A DNA stretch of 55,444 nucleotides from a virus. Lineage: Duplodnaviria; Caudoviricetes. A model generated the notes under the pieces. That model was given only the letters and a program-made list of their open reading frames with translations. It was not told the DNA's origin and made no database searches. Position 1 is the stretch's first letter. Each line of letters starts with the position of its first letter. Positions 53,904-55,444 of the stretch are shown here, piece by piece. Both the position numbers and the translations under genes were made by a program. The stretch is from positions 1 to 55,444 of IMG/VR virus record IMGVR_UViG_3300014848_000022, one strand, 5' to 3'.

Positions 53904-54719
53904 TCAGGCGGCCACGCTGAAGCGGGTGGCGTAGCGCTGCGAGATCTGTTCGACCGGCAGGACCACGCAGACATCGACCGTGTTGAATGCATGGTCGATG
54001 AAGGCGCCGTCGCCAAACAGGGCGCCGCACCGCAAATAGCCTTTGACCAGTGGCGGCAGGCGCAGCATCGCGCGGCGTTCGTCGTAGCTGCCCCGTGCGA
54101 GACGTTCGAGCGTGACCGCCTGATCGGGCCCGAGTTCCCCGCGCAGGCGGGGGCGGCGTTCGGCGGGGGCCAGGCAGGTGTGGGCCAGCAGCGAGAGAGC
54201 CTGCGCATGGGCGTCGGGGTCGGTGCCGGGAAACGAGGCGCAGCCGAACATCAGGCCGATGCCGTGGCTGGCGATGTAATCGGCAATCCCGCGCCAGAGC
54301 AGCGAGATCGTCGCGCTCGTGCGCCAGGCCGGGCGCACGCAGGAGCGGCCCAGTTCGAGCAGTTCGCCACCCGGTCGGCTGCCGGGCGCCATCAGCGGGG
54401 AAAGATCGAATTCGCCGGCGCTGTAGAAGCCTCCGGCCCGGTGTGCGACGCTTTCGCGCAGCAGGCGATAGGTGCCCACCACGCCGCCTTCGGCCAGATG
54501 GGTGCCCGGCTCGTCGGCGTCGATGACCAGCAGGTGGTCGCACAGGGCGTCATAGGGGTCGGTGTCGAGGGTGTGCAGCACGTCGTGCGCCTGAGCGCCC
54601 ATCTCGGCGAAGAAGACATCCCAGCGCAGGGCCTGGACGGCGGCCAGATCCCTGTCGTCACGCGCCAGCCGCACTGTCAGGCGGCGTTGTTCCCTTGGCA
54701 TCGTGCCTGCGTGTGTCAT
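53904..54719 (-). CDS. GNAT-family N-acyltransferase, OlsB-like (host)
   Basis: QALRWDVF..EMGA, D.DPYDALCDHLLV, VVGTYRL, LELGRSCV and LPPLVKGYLR.GA. Confidence 0.9.
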   Translation of the reverse strand: MTHAGTMPREQRRLTVRLARDDRDLAAVQALRWDVFFAEMGAQAHDVLHTLDTDPYDALCDHLLVIDADEPGTHLAEGGVVGTYRLLRESVAHRAGGFYSAGEFDLSPLMAPGSRPGGELLELGRSCVRPAWRTSATISLLWRGIADYIASHGIGLMFGCASFPGTDPDAHAQALSLLAHTCLAPAERRPRLRGELGPDQAVTLERLARGSYDERRAMLRLPPLVKGYLRCGALFGDGAFIDHAFNTVDVCVVLPVEQISQRYATRFSVAA

Positions 54720-54848
54720 GCGTGTGTCGCCTCCGTTCGGACGGCTCTAGCGCATCACGATGACACCGGTTTTGCACAACGATGATGGTTGCGGGTCAGT
54801 TCGCCGCCACCTGTCGCCGTGTTGTCGCATGAAGGGAGGGGGAAGGGG

Positions 54849-54924
54849 TGGTAGGCCCGGCAGGATTTGAACCCGCGACCTAGCCGTTATGAGCGGCCAG
54901 CTCTAACCGCTGAGCTACGGGCCC
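54849..54924 (-). tRNA. tRNA with CAT anticodon, most likely tRNA-Ile2
   Basis: 76 nt cloverleaf GGGCCCGTAGCTCAG...CTCATAA...GGTTCAAATCC...ACCA. Confidence 0.9.
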
Positions 54925-55016
54925 CCTTCGGGACAAGCCGTTAGTGGAGGGGGGCGTGCTTGGCAAGCCGGCACGAAGGCAATTCGTGGGGGATCGTTTT
55001 TGGGGGCAGGCTCTTA

Positions 55017-55180
55017 GAGCCCGACCCAAAAGTCCTTCGGGTCGGTTTGGCGGGTCTTTTGCCCCACCACGGCGTCGGCTGTTCGCCACGATGCTTCCAG
55101 CATCGCTGGGCTCGCAGCCTTCTTGTGGTGACCCAAAATCCCTCGCCAAACCTCCGCCGCCCGACTTTTGGGTCGGGCTC
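55017..55180. mobile_element. MITE-like palindromic element
   Basis: Perfect 18-bp terminal inverted repeats GAGCCCGACCCAAAAGTC, TTA on both flanks, quasi-palindromic interior. Confidence 0.8.
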
Positions 55181-55444
55181 TTATATCTGTGCGGCCTGCA
55201 TGATCTGGGCAACCCCGGCCGGGCGTACCCCGCGCCGGGCCAGATGGGCAAAGACCGTGCGCCACCAGCCGTAAAGCTGGTCGAGCTGGTCGTCGTCGCG
55301 GACATAGGGCGTGTTGCCGGGGCGCAGCGAGGGGCTGTGAAACGAGAAGACCAGCACCGGCAGGCCATCGCCGAGCGCGAGGTCGATCCCGGCGATGGCT
55401 TCGGCTGCGCTGACCCCTTCGGGGGTGAGCGGCACGCGGTTCAT
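55181..55444 (-). CDS. C-terminal part of WalW-like polysaccharide deacetylase (host; cut by window edge)
   Basis: FSFHSPSLRPGNTPYVR motif. Confidence 0.7.
   Translation of the reverse strand: MNRVPLTPEGVSAAEAIAGIDLALGDGLPVLVFSFHSPSLRPGNTPYVRDDDQLDQLYGWWRTVFAHLARRGVRPAGVAQIMQAAQI

Noticed and set aside
53904-54719. Functional link between the OlsB-like acyltransferase and the phage ACP-like protein
   Set aside because: The acyltransferase lies outside the att junction and looks like a host gene; proximity follows from the integration site.
54849-54924. tRNA-Ile(CAT) as the prophage attachment site or phage cargo
   Set aside because: It is separated from int by a host gene, while the tRNA-Pro fragment abuts int directly.

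Overview
Positions 1 to about 53,840 are a nearly complete temperate prophage with a contractile tail, in a GC-rich alphaproteobacterium (Sphingomonadales-like; inferred from GapR, MmcB and OlsB-type genes). The left end lies outside the window. The minus strand carries, right to left, Cro/CII-like regulators, replication genes (DUF1376 initiator with iterons, DnaB), a Q-like gene, terminases, portal, head, tail, baseplate, three receptor-binding proteins and the lysis cassette. The plus strand carries a CI-like repressor, a recombination operon (Rad52-like, SSB, RecD-like), methyltransferases, excisionase and a tyrosine integrase. The right boundary is only the 5' half of a tRNA-Pro(GGG). Host genes follow: an OlsB-like acyltransferase, tRNA-Ile(CAT), a MITE and a partial WalW-like deacetylase. 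The most striking observation is that three different HNH endonuclease genes each appear to have inserted inside a phage gene (o-spanin, major capsid, C5 methyltransferase), supplied a recoded replacement terminus and left the old terminus stranded on the other side. Two of them share a promoter plus two-hairpin leader with SOS-box-like sequences. Other notable items are a duplicated late-promoter module, a serine-less ACP-like protein, a nested methyltransferase ORF and a 16S-complementary tract in the late leader. All family calls come from motif recognition by eye, not database searches.
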